Source of the DNA: a virus
Lineage: Duplodnaviria; Caudoviricetes
Length of the DNA stretch: 64,000 nucleotides
Strand: one strand, 5' to 3'
IMG/VR virus record: IMGVR_UViG_3300032243_001145
Span: 32,001 to 96,000 of that record
The position numbers were made by a program, and so were the translations under genes. The notes under the pieces were generated by a model. That model did no database searches. It worked only from the letters and a program-made list of their open reading frames with translations, and was not told where the DNA came from. Below, one piece after another: positions 9,627-19,265 of this stretch; within the stretch, counting starts at the first letter, position 1; each line of letters starts with the position of its first letter.

Positions 9627-10625
9627 TTAATGGGTCCAAGATTGATATTCAATATTGGAAACTGCGTTTTTAATACAGGCTTTAATTTCCTCTTCGGTCA
9701 AATCGCCAGCATCTTTTGCATCATGTGGATATATCTTACCATATTCATACGAAGCCCACAAGAGGTCTTTGTTTTTTAATCTAGAGGCTATACTATTAGC
9801 AAGCTCACGCCCAGCGTGGTCCGCATCTGTCATTAAAGTAACCTTATTAAAATATCTATTTATTAATGCCAAGTTTTCTGTGGATATATGTCCACCAAGT
9901 GTTGCAATAACATTGGGGAACCCAGCCTGGTGCACACGGATTGCATCGAAGCTAGATTCTACAATAATAACATTGTCACCTATTTTTTTAGCACGGTGAA
10001 TGTTAAACATAGTTTTGCTTCTTGGTAAATTAGTGCTGTTCTTAAATTTCTTTTCTGAAATAGAACGACCAACAATTCCAACTGCCATCCCATCTGGACT
10101 ATGCACTGGAACTGTAACCATGTCTTGCTTTGGAGAATAGCCTAAAGAAAAATGAGCCATTGAAGACATATCAATACCTCTAGATTTAAAATAGTTTTGT
10201 GCCTCTGTACTTGCAACTAGGTCGTTGTACAAATTCTTTAATATTTCTTCTGGAAACTCTACAAAGTCTGGCTTGTCTTCAAGCATATCCGTCAAAAGTT
10301 CATCAAAGTTTTCTAGTGTTTCGGTTTCTTTTGAATAGACATATCTCATTGCTTCAAAATCGTTCTTATGCAAAACTCTTTTAACTAATTCTATTAGTGA
10401 TCCAGTTTCACCACACGCTGGATTAAAACACAGCCATGCTCCAGTTGTTTTGCTTATGCTACAGCTTGCGCTATGTCTATTGGAATGAAATGGGCAGTAG
10501 AAAGAGATCTCTATATCTGTTTCACCCGCTATCTGTAAGCCAAGGCTTTTTACAATTGCCTTTATATGTTGCTTAGAGTATTGCGTGGTATCAGCTTTCC
10601 TTGCGTAATTGCTTCGTGCCGCCAT
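9627..10625 (-). CDS. dnaG: DNA primase (CHC2 zinc finger + TOPRIM)
   Basis: CPFH...CFNPAC; IIVESSFDA; DADHAG; KDAGD. Confidence 0.9.
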   Translation of the reverse strand: MAARSNYARKADTTQYSKQHIKAIVKSLGLQIAGETDIEISFYCPFHSNRHSASCSISKTTGAWLCFNPACGETGSLIELVKRVLHKNDFEAMRYVYSKETETLENFDELLTDMLEDKPDFVEFPEEILKNLYNDLVASTEAQNYFKSRGIDMSSMAHFSLGYSPKQDMVTVPVHSPDGMAVGIVGRSISEKKFKNSTNLPRSKTMFNIHRAKKIGDNVIIVESSFDAIRVHQAGFPNVIATLGGHISTENLALINRYFNKVTLMTDADHAGRELANSIASRLKNKDLLWASYEYGKIYPHDAKDAGDLTEEEIKACIKNAVSNIEYQSWTH

Positions 10626-10852
10626 GCTGTCTTCTTTCCTACATAAGTGCCATAGAGTGTCATTAAGAACATCCATGTTGTGCCATCAAATTCTACCGAA
10701 AAATTGGTGTCTATGTCAAGTACCCTAAGATACCCTTTGTCCCTCATTTGGTGCGTAAGCATACTTTCATATTGATGCTTAATGCGAACCATATCAGAGT
10801 CATCTAAAAATTCAACTCTAACCTGGAATCTTTTTATCGGTTTGTGATTCAT
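10562..10852 (-). CDS. Hypothetical protein
   Basis: ORF bridging helicase and primase; start MNHKPIK. Confidence 0.65.
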   Translation of the reverse strand: MNHKPIKRFQVRVEFLDDSDMVRIKHQYESMLTHQMRDKGYLRVLDIDTNFSVEFDGTTWMFLMTLYGTYVGKKTAWRHEAITQGKLIPRNTLSNI

Positions 10853-12080
10853 TATTTTGGAACGGATTCTCATAAATCTCTTTGACGATACCTCTGTTGA
10901 TATCCCAATCTAAGTATAAACCAAATTCATGTCCATGTCGATTCTTGCGTGAGACAATCTCAATCATGTTAGTTCCTGGATATCTGTGTACAGCCATAGC
11001 CATATCAGCATCGTACTCAATAGCCTTTGACCATGCTACCTGAGACATCATTGGTGGATTATCTTGGTCTGAAACATCATCTGCAGTCGCTGCGGTAATG
11101 TCAATAATAGGAATATTGTTTGAAACTGCAAGCATCTTAAATTCACGAGAAACATTTCGGTTTCTTTCAACTTCAGAATTACTTCGCTTGTTATCATTAA
11201 ATAGCTGATGATAGTCAAGAATAACTAGGTCTGGTTTATGCTGGTCAATCTTACCTTGAATAGTTGCTGGTGTTACTTCTGTATTTCCTTCATTTGAAAT
11301 AAGAATAAAGCTATTCTTGTCTGCAAATTTCTTTGAGGACCATGATCGAAAATTATCAATATTAATATCACCCTTTGAAAAATCAGATGCCTTAAATAAC
11401 CCAGAGCCAAGCATGGTATAAATACGATCACGCATATTTTCTGGTGACATTTCTAGTGAAACAATCATTGGTTTAAATCCCTGCTCCCATGCTTTACATG
11501 CAAGATAAGAAGTAAACCATGTCTTACCACGCCCTGGCCAGCCGATAGCGACGATAAGGTGTCCTGGAGCCATACCTGTTGGGTATGCTAAATCTATAGC
11601 TTCAAAACCAGTCTTGATTCCTGGAGAACCGCCCATTTCTGCAGAGCGTACCTTTAACAACTCCATATATCTAATTGCTGCATCTGCATCTGTAATATCT
11701 AAATCTCGAACATTGTTTGTAAACCTACTAAGCCCAGCCAATTGTGACTGCATGTTTTCAAGAACTCTTGAAGCAGCGTCTTCTTTAAGAGATGATCCTG
11801 CACGAAGAATAATAGTCTTAAGTTTATTAGAAATAAATTCATTCTTAAGAGTATCTAAATAATATCCCGTTTGACCCTTTACGTCTACTGGCTCAAAGTC
11901 TTTAAACTTTTCTTGAAGGATTCCAACCTCTGGGACTGCTTTAAATTTATAGTAATATGACTTAAGGCCATCCCAAATATCTTTGTGTGAGGTGAATAGA
12001 TCATCAACATTGTCTGCAAGTAATGTACTGATGTCTTTATTCTTGCATACCGCTGAGATTAGCTCTGCTTCTGTATTCAC
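10818..12080 (-). CDS. dnaB: Replicative DnaB-like helicase
   Basis: GWPGRGKT, SLEM, ILDYHQL, IEYDAD, KNRHG. Confidence 0.93.
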   Translation of the reverse strand: MNTEAELISAVCKNKDISTLLADNVDDLFTSHKDIWDGLKSYYYKFKAVPEVGILQEKFKDFEPVDVKGQTGYYLDTLKNEFISNKLKTIILRAGSSLKEDAASRVLENMQSQLAGLSRFTNNVRDLDITDADAAIRYMELLKVRSAEMGGSPGIKTGFEAIDLAYPTGMAPGHLIVAIGWPGRGKTWFTSYLACKAWEQGFKPMIVSLEMSPENMRDRIYTMLGSGLFKASDFSKGDINIDNFRSWSSKKFADKNSFILISNEGNTEVTPATIQGKIDQHKPDLVILDYHQLFNDNKRSNSEVERNRNVSREFKMLAVSNNIPIIDITAATADDVSDQDNPPMMSQVAWSKAIEYDADMAMAVHRYPGTNMIEIVSRKNRHGHEFGLYLDWDINRGIVKEIYENPFQNNESQTDKKIPG

Positions 12081-12400
12081 TCTGGCCCGCCTTGCTCTAC
12101 CATCTTCTTCGTTTCTTGTAGTAACAAACGACGCTTTTCTTTATCTTTTTCAATTTCAGTTCTTGCAATGTCCATCTTATCAAAATTGTATAGAAAAAAT
12201 TGTATTGTGTGCCCATTCTTTGTTAGATGAAAATAATATTCCAACAACTCTTTTGCACGGCTAAATCCTACACTATCAATTACATCTTGCATAGCCCATT
12301 TTTCACGAAACTTATTAATTGATGCTTCTTTGCCATACTTCTTTTTATATAAATTTTGAAAAAGTGTAAGTAAGATATATGGCTCTTTATTATTTGCCAC
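12077..12400 (-). CDS. Hypothetical protein (possible helicase loader)
   Basis: Overlaps the dnaB start; function inferred from position only. Confidence 0.65.
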   Translation of the reverse strand: MANNKEPYILLTLFQNLYKKKYGKEASINKFREKWAMQDVIDSVGFSRAKELLEYYFHLTKNGHTIQFFLYNFDKMDIARTEIEKDKEKRRLLLQETKKMVEQGGPE

Positions 12401-12593
12401 GTTTTAACTCTTCCTCAACCTCTTCTGTTTTTTGAATTAATTTATTTTCAACAAAATTATATACTCGTTCAGTTGCAGCATCTACTGTCTCTCCCTGCCT
12501 AACATCATCTTCAACACCTACACCAATTTTAATACTTTCATAGTTACCAAGATTTCTAGTAAATGAAAGGTCTACTTTTACTCTCGTTGTCAT
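12390..12593 (-). CDS. Hypothetical protein
   Basis: TRNLGNYESIKI motif, a small phage protein type. Confidence 0.75.
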   Translation of the reverse strand: MTTRVKVDLSFTRNLGNYESIKIGVGVEDDVRQGETVDAATERVYNFVENKLIQKTEEVEEELKRGK

Positions 12594-12703
12594 TTATGTT
12601 CTGCCTTCTTGTGTCTGTTAAGTGTGTCGCTGGCAAATATGCCCCAGCGAACTTCTATGTCCCGTTTACAAATATCGCAAGTAACTACTCTGCTTTTTTC
12701 CAT
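12590..12703 (-). CDS. C2H2 zinc-finger microprotein, 37 aa
   Basis: Manual translation MEKSRVVTCDICKRDIEVRWGIFASDTLNRHKKAEHK; TAATG and ATGA overlaps at both ends. Confidence 0.7.
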   Translation of the reverse strand: MEKSRVVTCDICKRDIEVRWGIFASDTLNRHKKAEHK

Positions 12704-13188
12704 TACTCTGCCTTCCATACTGGAACAAACTTTCCTTCTTCTGTTTTAGTATACAATATTAAGTTATTTTTGAGAAGGGCTTGTATTTCTGCCTTTGAAG
12801 GAATTTCTTTTGAGTGTCCTGAATCTAATATGTGTTGGTGTATATCTAATATGTTCTTTTGATTAAACATATACTGTGACCAATTTTTGCTGTCTGGTTG
12901 TCCGATTGGATATATTTTTTGAGGGGTAGAAACCTTATCTCCTAATATATATTCTTGTATAGTTACCCTATGCTTGTTAAGCATAAAGGCAACTTCTACA
13001 ACGGTGTATGCAGTTTCCATATTTTTTTTAACTTGAGAATATGAATACATTACTCTTTTTTTATCTGGGTAGCACCAAGCAATCATTTCATCTTTTGATC
13101 TAGATGCTTTTAAAACTTTATGTATTTTGTCGTTTAAAAAGAAATACCGTAAGCTTTTTGATTTGCCGTCTCTTTTAATTCCAGCCAT
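12703..13188 (-). CDS. Putative HTH DNA-binding protein
   Basis: YTVVEVAFMLNKHRVTIQEY resembles a MerR/excisionase-type HTH. Confidence 0.6.
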   Translation of the reverse strand: MAGIKRDGKSKSLRYFFLNDKIHKVLKASRSKDEMIAWCYPDKKRVMYSYSQVKKNMETAYTVVEVAFMLNKHRVTIQEYILGDKVSTPQKIYPIGQPDSKNWSQYMFNQKNILDIHQHILDSGHSKEIPSKAEIQALLKNNLILYTKTEEGKFVPVWKAE

Positions 13189-13319
13189 TTTCCGAAAGCA
13201 CTCGTTTCTTTATTACACATCCAGCGTTTGCCGCACATGATACAAAATAATTCCATATGTAATTTTTGTGAAAATACTCTATCTACAAAAACTCTTCCTC
13301 CACATTTACCGCACCACAT
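13134..13319 (-). CDS. Zinc-ribbon protein
   Basis: CGKCGGRVF...CIMCGKRW. Confidence 0.75.
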   Translation of the reverse strand: MWCGKCGGRVFVDRVFSQKLHMELFCIMCGKRWMCNKETSAFGKWLELKETANQKAYGISF

Positions 13320-14119
13320 TATAATGTAAAAAACTTTCCATCCACTACACAGCTATAGTCTGGCGACACATGGATCATTTGAATATGAGGATAATCATTT
13401 ACAATATGCGCTACTGCAAATCCTTTTTGCCAATCATGATGTTGTGTGTACTTCATTCCTGGACCCTTTTCGTCACACATGTGACCAATCTCATAACCAC
13501 GAAGTGTTTCTCCTTGACCATTGTTTCTAAGCTCATATGTTACCATATGCGATGCAATTCTGTGAGAGTGTCCTCTAATTAAAGATATCTGCATGTCTTC
13601 CATATCTTTTCTTGCAGATCCAGTTGCTGCAATTGAAAGTCCATGGTGTACATGTATATCTCCAAAACGACGTTTAGGAAGTTCATCGTAATATATGTAA
13701 TTGTATCCCAATGAGTCCAAAGACCAGAGTGCTTCTGGTGTTACTTCATTAATATAATCTGGAAGTTTTGCATCAATATAATTAAAAATTCTTATGTCGT
13801 GATTTCCAAGCGCTGAAAATAGCTGTGCATCTGGAAGCATCTCTCGTGTTTTGGCGTAGAAATCTCTAGCACCTTTTGCTTCATGTCTCATCATTGGAAC
13901 AATTAAATCACGGCTGTCATCTTTGTGAAGTTGCATAAACTCTGCAGAACGACCTTCTGTGTACTTACTATAGCATGCTTGATCGTCAGTGTCTCCCAAA
14001 TAATCAACAACATCTGGCTTAAACCATTTCATTACTTTAAACCATAAGGCAATCATCTTATCGTCTTGATATGGAAACTGCTGATCGGATGAAAGCATCC
14101 ATTTTAAATCGTTACTCAT
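13319..14119 (-). CDS. Calcineurin-like metallophosphoesterase
   Basis: SD, LGD, GNHD, HHG, GHSH motifs. Confidence 0.88.
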   Translation of the reverse strand: MSNDLKWMLSSDQQFPYQDDKMIALWFKVMKWFKPDVVDYLGDTDDQACYSKYTEGRSAEFMQLHKDDSRDLIVPMMRHEAKGARDFYAKTREMLPDAQLFSALGNHDIRIFNYIDAKLPDYINEVTPEALWSLDSLGYNYIYYDELPKRRFGDIHVHHGLSIAATGSARKDMEDMQISLIRGHSHRIASHMVTYELRNNGQGETLRGYEIGHMCDEKGPGMKYTQHHDWQKGFAVAHIVNDYPHIQMIHVSPDYSCVVDGKFFTL

Positions 14120-14135
14120 TGTTTACCTTTATACG

Positions 14136-14159
14136 AAAAAAGTCACGGGTACGTGACTT
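14136..14159 (-). terminator. Hairpin + U tract at the structural/replication boundary
   Basis: Minus strand AAGTCACG-TACC-CGTGACTT followed by TTTT. Confidence 0.6.
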
Positions 14160-14161
14160 AG

Positions 14162-14200
14162 ATGTTACATTTATTGTAACATATTGGTGCAGCTTGTAAA
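14162..14200 (-). promoter_or_regulatory. Promoter overlapped by a palindromic operator-like site
   Basis: TTTACA-N16-TACAAT with TG extension; ATGTTACA-N5-TGTAACAT palindrome covers the -10. Confidence 0.55.
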
Positions 14201-14204
14201 TAGG

Positions 14205-14657
14205 TTATGCTTCTACAGCAAATAAATCAAAATTCATTTTTCCGCTTGCAGCGCCTGCGCCGCTTCTAACTTCAAATGTCATCTTTGTGCTAGTAATTGA
14301 TGTTATTATTACGTGAATTCTTGTTTGAGCCTCAGTTAATTTTGCCCCACCAGAATTTACTTGTATCCAGCAGCGTGGTGGCTTTGTAAATGTTTTATCT
14401 GGAAATGTCCAAGAGTTACCGTAAGAAGGGGTATTTGATGGATTAACTTGAGCTCCAGAGATAGTCGTGCTATATACTTTTGATGAAACTGCTACAACCT
14501 TATTGTCGCCACCAGTGGCTGTGGCGTTTTGCAATATAATACTTTGAGATGCGCTCTCTTTATTTATTGCACGTAAGTCTGCAATAATATTATTGATCAG
14601 ATCCGATGTTACTGGGTCTCCTGCGCTAATGGTTTTTGTTACTATATCAGCCATCAT
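14205..14657 (-). CDS. Minor tail protein with beta-sandwich (H-type lectin-like) C-terminus
   Basis: FPDKTFTKPP...ITSITSTKMTF pattern; last gene of the tail module. Confidence 0.55.
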   Translation of the reverse strand: MMADIVTKTISAGDPVTSDLINNIIADLRAINKESASQSIILQNATATGGDNKVVAVSSKVYSTTISGAQVNPSNTPSYGNSWTFPDKTFTKPPRCWIQVNSGGAKLTEAQTRIHVIITSITSTKMTFEVRSGAGAASGKMNFDLFAVEA

Positions 14658-14816
14658 TTACTCCTTTGGTTGTTCCGCTGGAACTTCCTGTGATTTATTT
14701 GCCTCAGCAAGCTGTGTTATTTCTGCTCTAAGGATTGCTACATGCGTCTCATATTGTGAGACAATCTCACCGATACGCTGTTGCAAAGCCTGTACTACTA
14801 GTTCTAATTTTTCCAT
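14658..14816 (-). CDS. Small coiled-coil protein, 52 aa
   Basis: Manual translation MEKLELVVQALQQRIGEIVSQYETHVAILRAEITQLAEANKSQEVPAEQPKE; AGGGGA RBS upstream. Confidence 0.75.
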   Translation of the reverse strand: MEKLELVVQALQQRIGEIVSQYETHVAILRAEITQLAEANKSQEVPAEQPKE

Positions 14817-14838
14817 TATATCCCCTTGATAGATTTAC

Positions 14839-14867
14839 AGTATATCATTATGCCTCTAGGGCGTCAA
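14839..14867 (-). promoter_or_regulatory. Near-consensus sigma70-type promoter
   Basis: TTGACG-N17-TATACT with TG extension. Confidence 0.7.
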
Positions 14868-17800
14868 GCCTATTTAAAATTCTTTTAACTACGCTTATTA
14901 ATATTGGAGCAAGGCTATTATAATTAATATTTTCTGGAAGCCCTTCGCTATTATATTCAACAATATCTTCAAGACCTTCAATTGCTGCAACTTCTTCTGC
15001 AATTAATCCTACTCTATATGCAGTATCTCCTTTTTTGGCATCTGCTATTCCTTGGAATTTAACTGGTCTTAATGCAAGAAGCTGTTGGTCAGTAAATTCT
15101 ACACTTTCAATATTAGTTTTATATCTTCTAGAGGAAGTAGATCTTGCAATTAGTCCAGTAGAGGAGCTCAGATATGCGTTAGCACCAGATGTTGTTGTGT
15201 CTGGTAAATAAGCTGTAGCTCTTGTTTTATCAAAATAAACAGAGCCAGTATCTGTGTTACTACTATTTGTAAAATGTGTTTGACCAGTTCCAGATGTAAT
15301 ATATACTGAAGTACCGCTAACTGTAGTATAGTTTGATAAACCATTTGTTAAAACATAATTTGTAGAATCTCCAGCCATTGTGGCGGAAGAAGAAGTTGCT
15401 AAAAACAAGCCGTAGGTTGTTCCAGCTGCATTTGCAGTTACTCCATAATGCATTAATATTCCAGCAGAGGAAGCAGCTAAAACGTGGCCTCTTACTGTAC
15501 TTCCATATACAACTTGTAATGAATCTGTGTTTGCATCTATAATTTGAACTCTATTTGCAGATGTACTTGTTTGAATTTTAGCACCAGTAATCGTTCCACC
15601 TGTAATAGTATTACCAACAATAGCTGATCCTGTAATTTTTCCACCAGTTATCGTTCCATTATTTGCATCAAGTATTAGTTGTGCTCCTCCGCTTGGAGAG
15701 TTGCCCAATAATTGATTACCACTAATTCCCCAACCTGCGGAAAAACTATCTCCAAAATATCCGCTTGCAGCTCTAACTTCGCCAGCAAATATTGCATCTC
15801 CAGCACTTGTTAAAGTAAATGTTGCATTTCCATTTTTATATCCTAATATTCCAGCTGAGGTTATTTTAACTCCGCTTCCATATGTGGAATCAGAAGATCC
15901 TGCATATACTTCAAAACCAGAAGCATTTGCTGAAATTTTATTATCTACTGCACTTTGTACAACATATGCAGTTGCATTTAATTTACCATTTAAAGATGTT
16001 TTTGATGCATACTTTGCATTTGGCTTTTCTGTCCAATTATATCCAGCTGCGGTTGCTGTATATATAGAATTATCATCTCCGCCATTTATCCATAAATCGC
16101 CTGCTCTATTTGCATATGGCTGAGTGTTATCTGATGTAACAAATACTGTATTTTTTGTGGCAAGTCCACTACTTAATGTAGATGCTGCTACATAATCTCC
16201 TTCAACAGTTTGAAGCCTACTATTAATTCCAGAAGTTACTGTATTTAAAGTATAAAGATTTAAGCTTCCAGTTGTTGCATAACCTTCAATTGTTGATCCA
16301 GCACCAAGACCCAAAACTGCTCCAGTTGCGTATAGTGTTCCGTCCACTCCAACTTTAAACTTAGCATTTGAACCAGTCTGACTTCCAACCCATAATCTGT
16401 AATTTGGATCTGTTGCACTCATTCTAACAATTGAACCTAATGTGCCTGTTGTATCTCCAAGTGTTATGGTTCCATTACTTTCAATACTTGTTCCAGTTGC
16501 AGATAAACCTGTTGTTGCTAAAGTCCATCCTCCAACAGTTCCAAGCGTAGCATCTAGCCTACCAGTAGATTGCACTAAAGAAAATGTTTGTCCAGTTTCA
16601 TTACTTGTGCTTGTAGAGTCATATGCAAATATACCTTCACTACTAAACCTTACTCTTGCTCCTGATGTTGGATTTGCGCCTGCGTAAAGTGTACCGCTTG
16701 TAGTTGCTCGCTCTGGAATTGAAAGCTGAACATTGCCTGTAAACTTTCCTCCTGTAGCATTAATACTTCCAGTTAGGTATAAATTTGTCCCATTCCAATA
16801 CATAAATTCTGTTGGATTTCCAACTCTAAATTGTCCTGTAGTAAGCCAAAAGTTATTGCCGACATTTGTTGTAGATTTATTTAATACAATTCCATGGTAA
16901 GTTCCTTGAGTTAGTGTTGGACTTACAATTGGATCCACACTTAAATTAATCCCCTGTGTAATTCCTGTTCCTATTTTAAATAAATCTTGAGTTGCTCCGC
17001 CTATAGCTATGTAAGATTTTAATCTTGCTAATGCTCCAGCTGCTGTTCCATCTGCATCAGAAGCAATAAATGTTCCACTTGCTGCACCCGTCCAATTGAC
17101 AACATCGTAAGGTGTTGTTGATGCAACCTGATAATAATATGTTGTATTTGGGATAAGACCTGTTGCAGTAAAAGAAGTTGTAGCTATTCCGCTTACAGAT
17201 GCATATTCCCAAAGTGGTGTAGTTACAGTTGAGGGATTATCTGTTGACCATCTTATTGCATATCCTGCTGTTTTAACATTTGTAGATTGTGCCCAACTAA
17301 TTGTTGAAACAAGACTAAATCCACTTAAATCTTTTGGATCAATAGAGGCAGTTGCAGATGAGCTACTTGGATTTTCAACAGTGTATGTTGTATCTGGATC
17401 TGAAGTAAAAGGTTTTACAGGACCCTCTGTAGCCTCCGATATATTTAAATCGTTCCATCTATCTCTAGATCTAACCTTCACCCATCGATTAGCAAAAGCA
17501 TTAGGGCCAGTAGTTAAAACTGTAACACTAGTAGATGTTCCAGTATAAACAATAGTTTGTGTAGCAAAATCTTTTGTAAGGCTTTCAAATATAATAACAT
17601 CTTCTTGTACACTAAGTGGATCAAGATCAAACTTAATTCCGTATGATTGAGAACCTGGAGTTAATGTTAAATTTTTAACTGGTTTAGTTAAGTTTTCTAT
17701 TACATGATTTACTAAATATGCAGGCGATCTTTTACTTTCAGTTATTAAACTTGTTTCGGAATCTTCATGTAAATATGTAAAAAAAAATTTATAGGTTTTG

Positions 17801-17940
17801 TCTTTAAACGGCAACATTCTTATTGTTTTTGTATATGAATTTGCGGAGGTTGAGGCAGCAGAAGCTGCTGAAGCAGTATTTGTTTTTTCTAAATCAGCAG
17901 GAAAATTTGCGTCAACTTCATCTCTATCGTATCTGGCCAT
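14848..17940 (-). CDS. Central tail fibre/spike with FN3 domain and C-terminal S74 intramolecular chaperone
   Basis: FN3 (FTATGLIPNTTYYYQV), Gly/Thr-rich beta repeats, SSRRYKTNI...LRPVKF...GLIAEEV. Confidence 0.85.
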   Translation of the reverse strand: MARYDRDEVDANFPADLEKTNTASAASAASTSANSYTKTIRMLPFKDKTYKFFFTYLHEDSETSLITESKRSPAYLVNHVIENLTKPVKNLTLTPGSQSYGIKFDLDPLSVQEDVIIFESLTKDFATQTIVYTGTSTSVTVLTTGPNAFANRWVKVRSRDRWNDLNISEATEGPVKPFTSDPDTTYTVENPSSSSATASIDPKDLSGFSLVSTISWAQSTNVKTAGYAIRWSTDNPSTVTTPLWEYASVSGIATTSFTATGLIPNTTYYYQVASTTPYDVVNWTGAASGTFIASDADGTAAGALARLKSYIAIGGATQDLFKIGTGITQGINLSVDPIVSPTLTQGTYHGIVLNKSTTNVGNNFWLTTGQFRVGNPTEFMYWNGTNLYLTGSINATGGKFTGNVQLSIPERATTSGTLYAGANPTSGARVRFSSEGIFAYDSTSTSNETGQTFSLVQSTGRLDATLGTVGGWTLATTGLSATGTSIESNGTITLGDTTGTLGSIVRMSATDPNYRLWVGSQTGSNAKFKVGVDGTLYATGAVLGLGAGSTIEGYATTGSLNLYTLNTVTSGINSRLQTVEGDYVAASTLSSGLATKNTVFVTSDNTQPYANRAGDLWINGGDDNSIYTATAAGYNWTEKPNAKYASKTSLNGKLNATAYVVQSAVDNKISANASGFEVYAGSSDSTYGSGVKITSAGILGYKNGNATFTLTSAGDAIFAGEVRAASGYFGDSFSAGWGISGNQLLGNSPSGGAQLILDANNGTITGGKITGSAIVGNTITGGTITGAKIQTSTSANRVQIIDANTDSLQVVYGSTVRGHVLAASSAGILMHYGVTANAAGTTYGLFLATSSSATMAGDSTNYVLTNGLSNYTTVSGTSVYITSGTGQTHFTNSSNTDTGSVYFDKTRATAYLPDTTTSGANAYLSSSTGLIARSTSSRRYKTNIESVEFTDQQLLALRPVKFQGIADAKKGDTAYRVGLIAEEVAAIEGLEDIVEYNSEGLPENINYNSLAPILISVVKRILNRLDALEA

Positions 17941-18920
17941 TAGAAACTTAATCCAATTCTATACTCTATGTCCATTTGCTTGCCTAAAGTTTTTGTAATA
18001 ACATCACTTAGCACAGATCTACTTATCATTCCATAGTCTGATCTGAAAGAGTCCTCATCATTTATTCTAAGACCATCAAGTAAAACATTTGTTGCTCCTG
18101 AGCTTTTTGCTTTAACTCCAATTGATATTTTTACAATAGAAGTTTGATCTGGTGTTCCAGATGTAAATCCGCTACTATACAGATTGCTTAGATTTAATTC
18201 TTTTACCTTGTAGCCAATTGGTGATAATCCAGTAAACTGTAGTGATGTTTCTCCAGGATACCTAATCTCATAGTAATTATTATTTGAATCATATGCTCTA
18301 AAATATATATAGTCTAAATTTAAATCACTTTGATAATATGCAAGTGTCATGCTGTCTTTGGCGCTGTATCCTGAAATATCTAGGCTAAGATCATAGAAAT
18401 AATTTTTTGATTGTGAGGCTGCCGCATCTACAGATAAATAATATGCTCCTATTTTAGGAGATGATGTCATAACTAAGCTTGGGCTAGCACCAGTGCTGTC
18501 TGTCCAAAATTGATTATCTTCAAATGATGATATTGATTTGCTTGCATAGTCAGTTGTTCCAAAAGTTATGCTTGGGAATAGGCCTACCTCATTTATAATT
18601 CCAGAAACATCTACTGGGATTGTTGTCTTATAAACAACTCCGTATGTGCTTACTCCTGTTAGAGGGCTTGTCTGTATATCTACGCTTGATAGATTTACTG
18701 CCGACCTGTAAAATTCAAAATCTAATTGTGTATCATTTACGGTTGCTGTTGAAGACCCTACACCTATAGCAATATCTTTATCTGGGGATACTTGCTGACC
18801 AGCCAAATATTGAGTGATATACCTCTTACCAAATTTTGTTAAAATGTTTTTGCTTCTATGGATTTCTTTTTCGTCTTCATAAAAAACGTATTCTCCAAAA
18901 ATTTTATTGTCCATATACAT
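17940..18920 (-). CDS. Minor tail / baseplate protein
   Basis: IAIGVG...DTQLDFEFYR...INEVGLF; tail module position. Confidence 0.7.
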   Translation of the reverse strand: MYMDNKIFGEYVFYEDEKEIHRSKNILTKFGKRYITQYLAGQQVSPDKDIAIGVGSSTATVNDTQLDFEFYRSAVNLSSVDIQTSPLTGVSTYGVVYKTTIPVDVSGIINEVGLFPSITFGTTDYASKSISSFEDNQFWTDSTGASPSLVMTSSPKIGAYYLSVDAAASQSKNYFYDLSLDISGYSAKDSMTLAYYQSDLNLDYIYFRAYDSNNNYYEIRYPGETSLQFTGLSPIGYKVKELNLSNLYSSGFTSGTPDQTSIVKISIGVKAKSSGATNVLLDGLRINDEDSFRSDYGMISRSVLSDVITKTLGKQMDIEYRIGLSF

Positions 18921-19248
18921 TTACCCCCACAACACTATCCCCTACGTGATTTTTAACATTAAAAACAAACTCAATATACTGATTTTTATTTTTATCTGTT
19001 ACAAGCTTTTTGCTAACCAAAGTAATGTCTTCTAGATTTGGCGCATCTAATTCTCCTCCTGGTGGTGGAGGGGGAGGATTAGGTGGCTCTTCAGACCCCT
19101 CTACAAAAATTTGCTCAGGCTCAAATGATCCTGGATCAACAATAACATAGTGGTCTGGTTTTAATACTTGAATTAAAGGGTCTTTAGGAAATAGCAGAAG
19201 CTTTTTTTCTTTTGCTGTTTCCGATGCGGGTCTTCTTATATTAGCCAT
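18904..19248 (-). CDS. Small tail-associated protein with polyproline linker
   Basis: EEPPNPPPPPPGG; lies between tail genes. Confidence 0.6.
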   Translation of the reverse strand: MANIRRPASETAKEKKLLLFPKDPLIQVLKPDHYVIVDPGSFEPEQIFVEGSEEPPNPPPPPPGGELDAPNLEDITLVSKKLVTDKNKNQYIEFVFNVKNHVGDSVVGVNVYGQ

Positions 19249-19265
19249 ATTAACATTCTACCATT

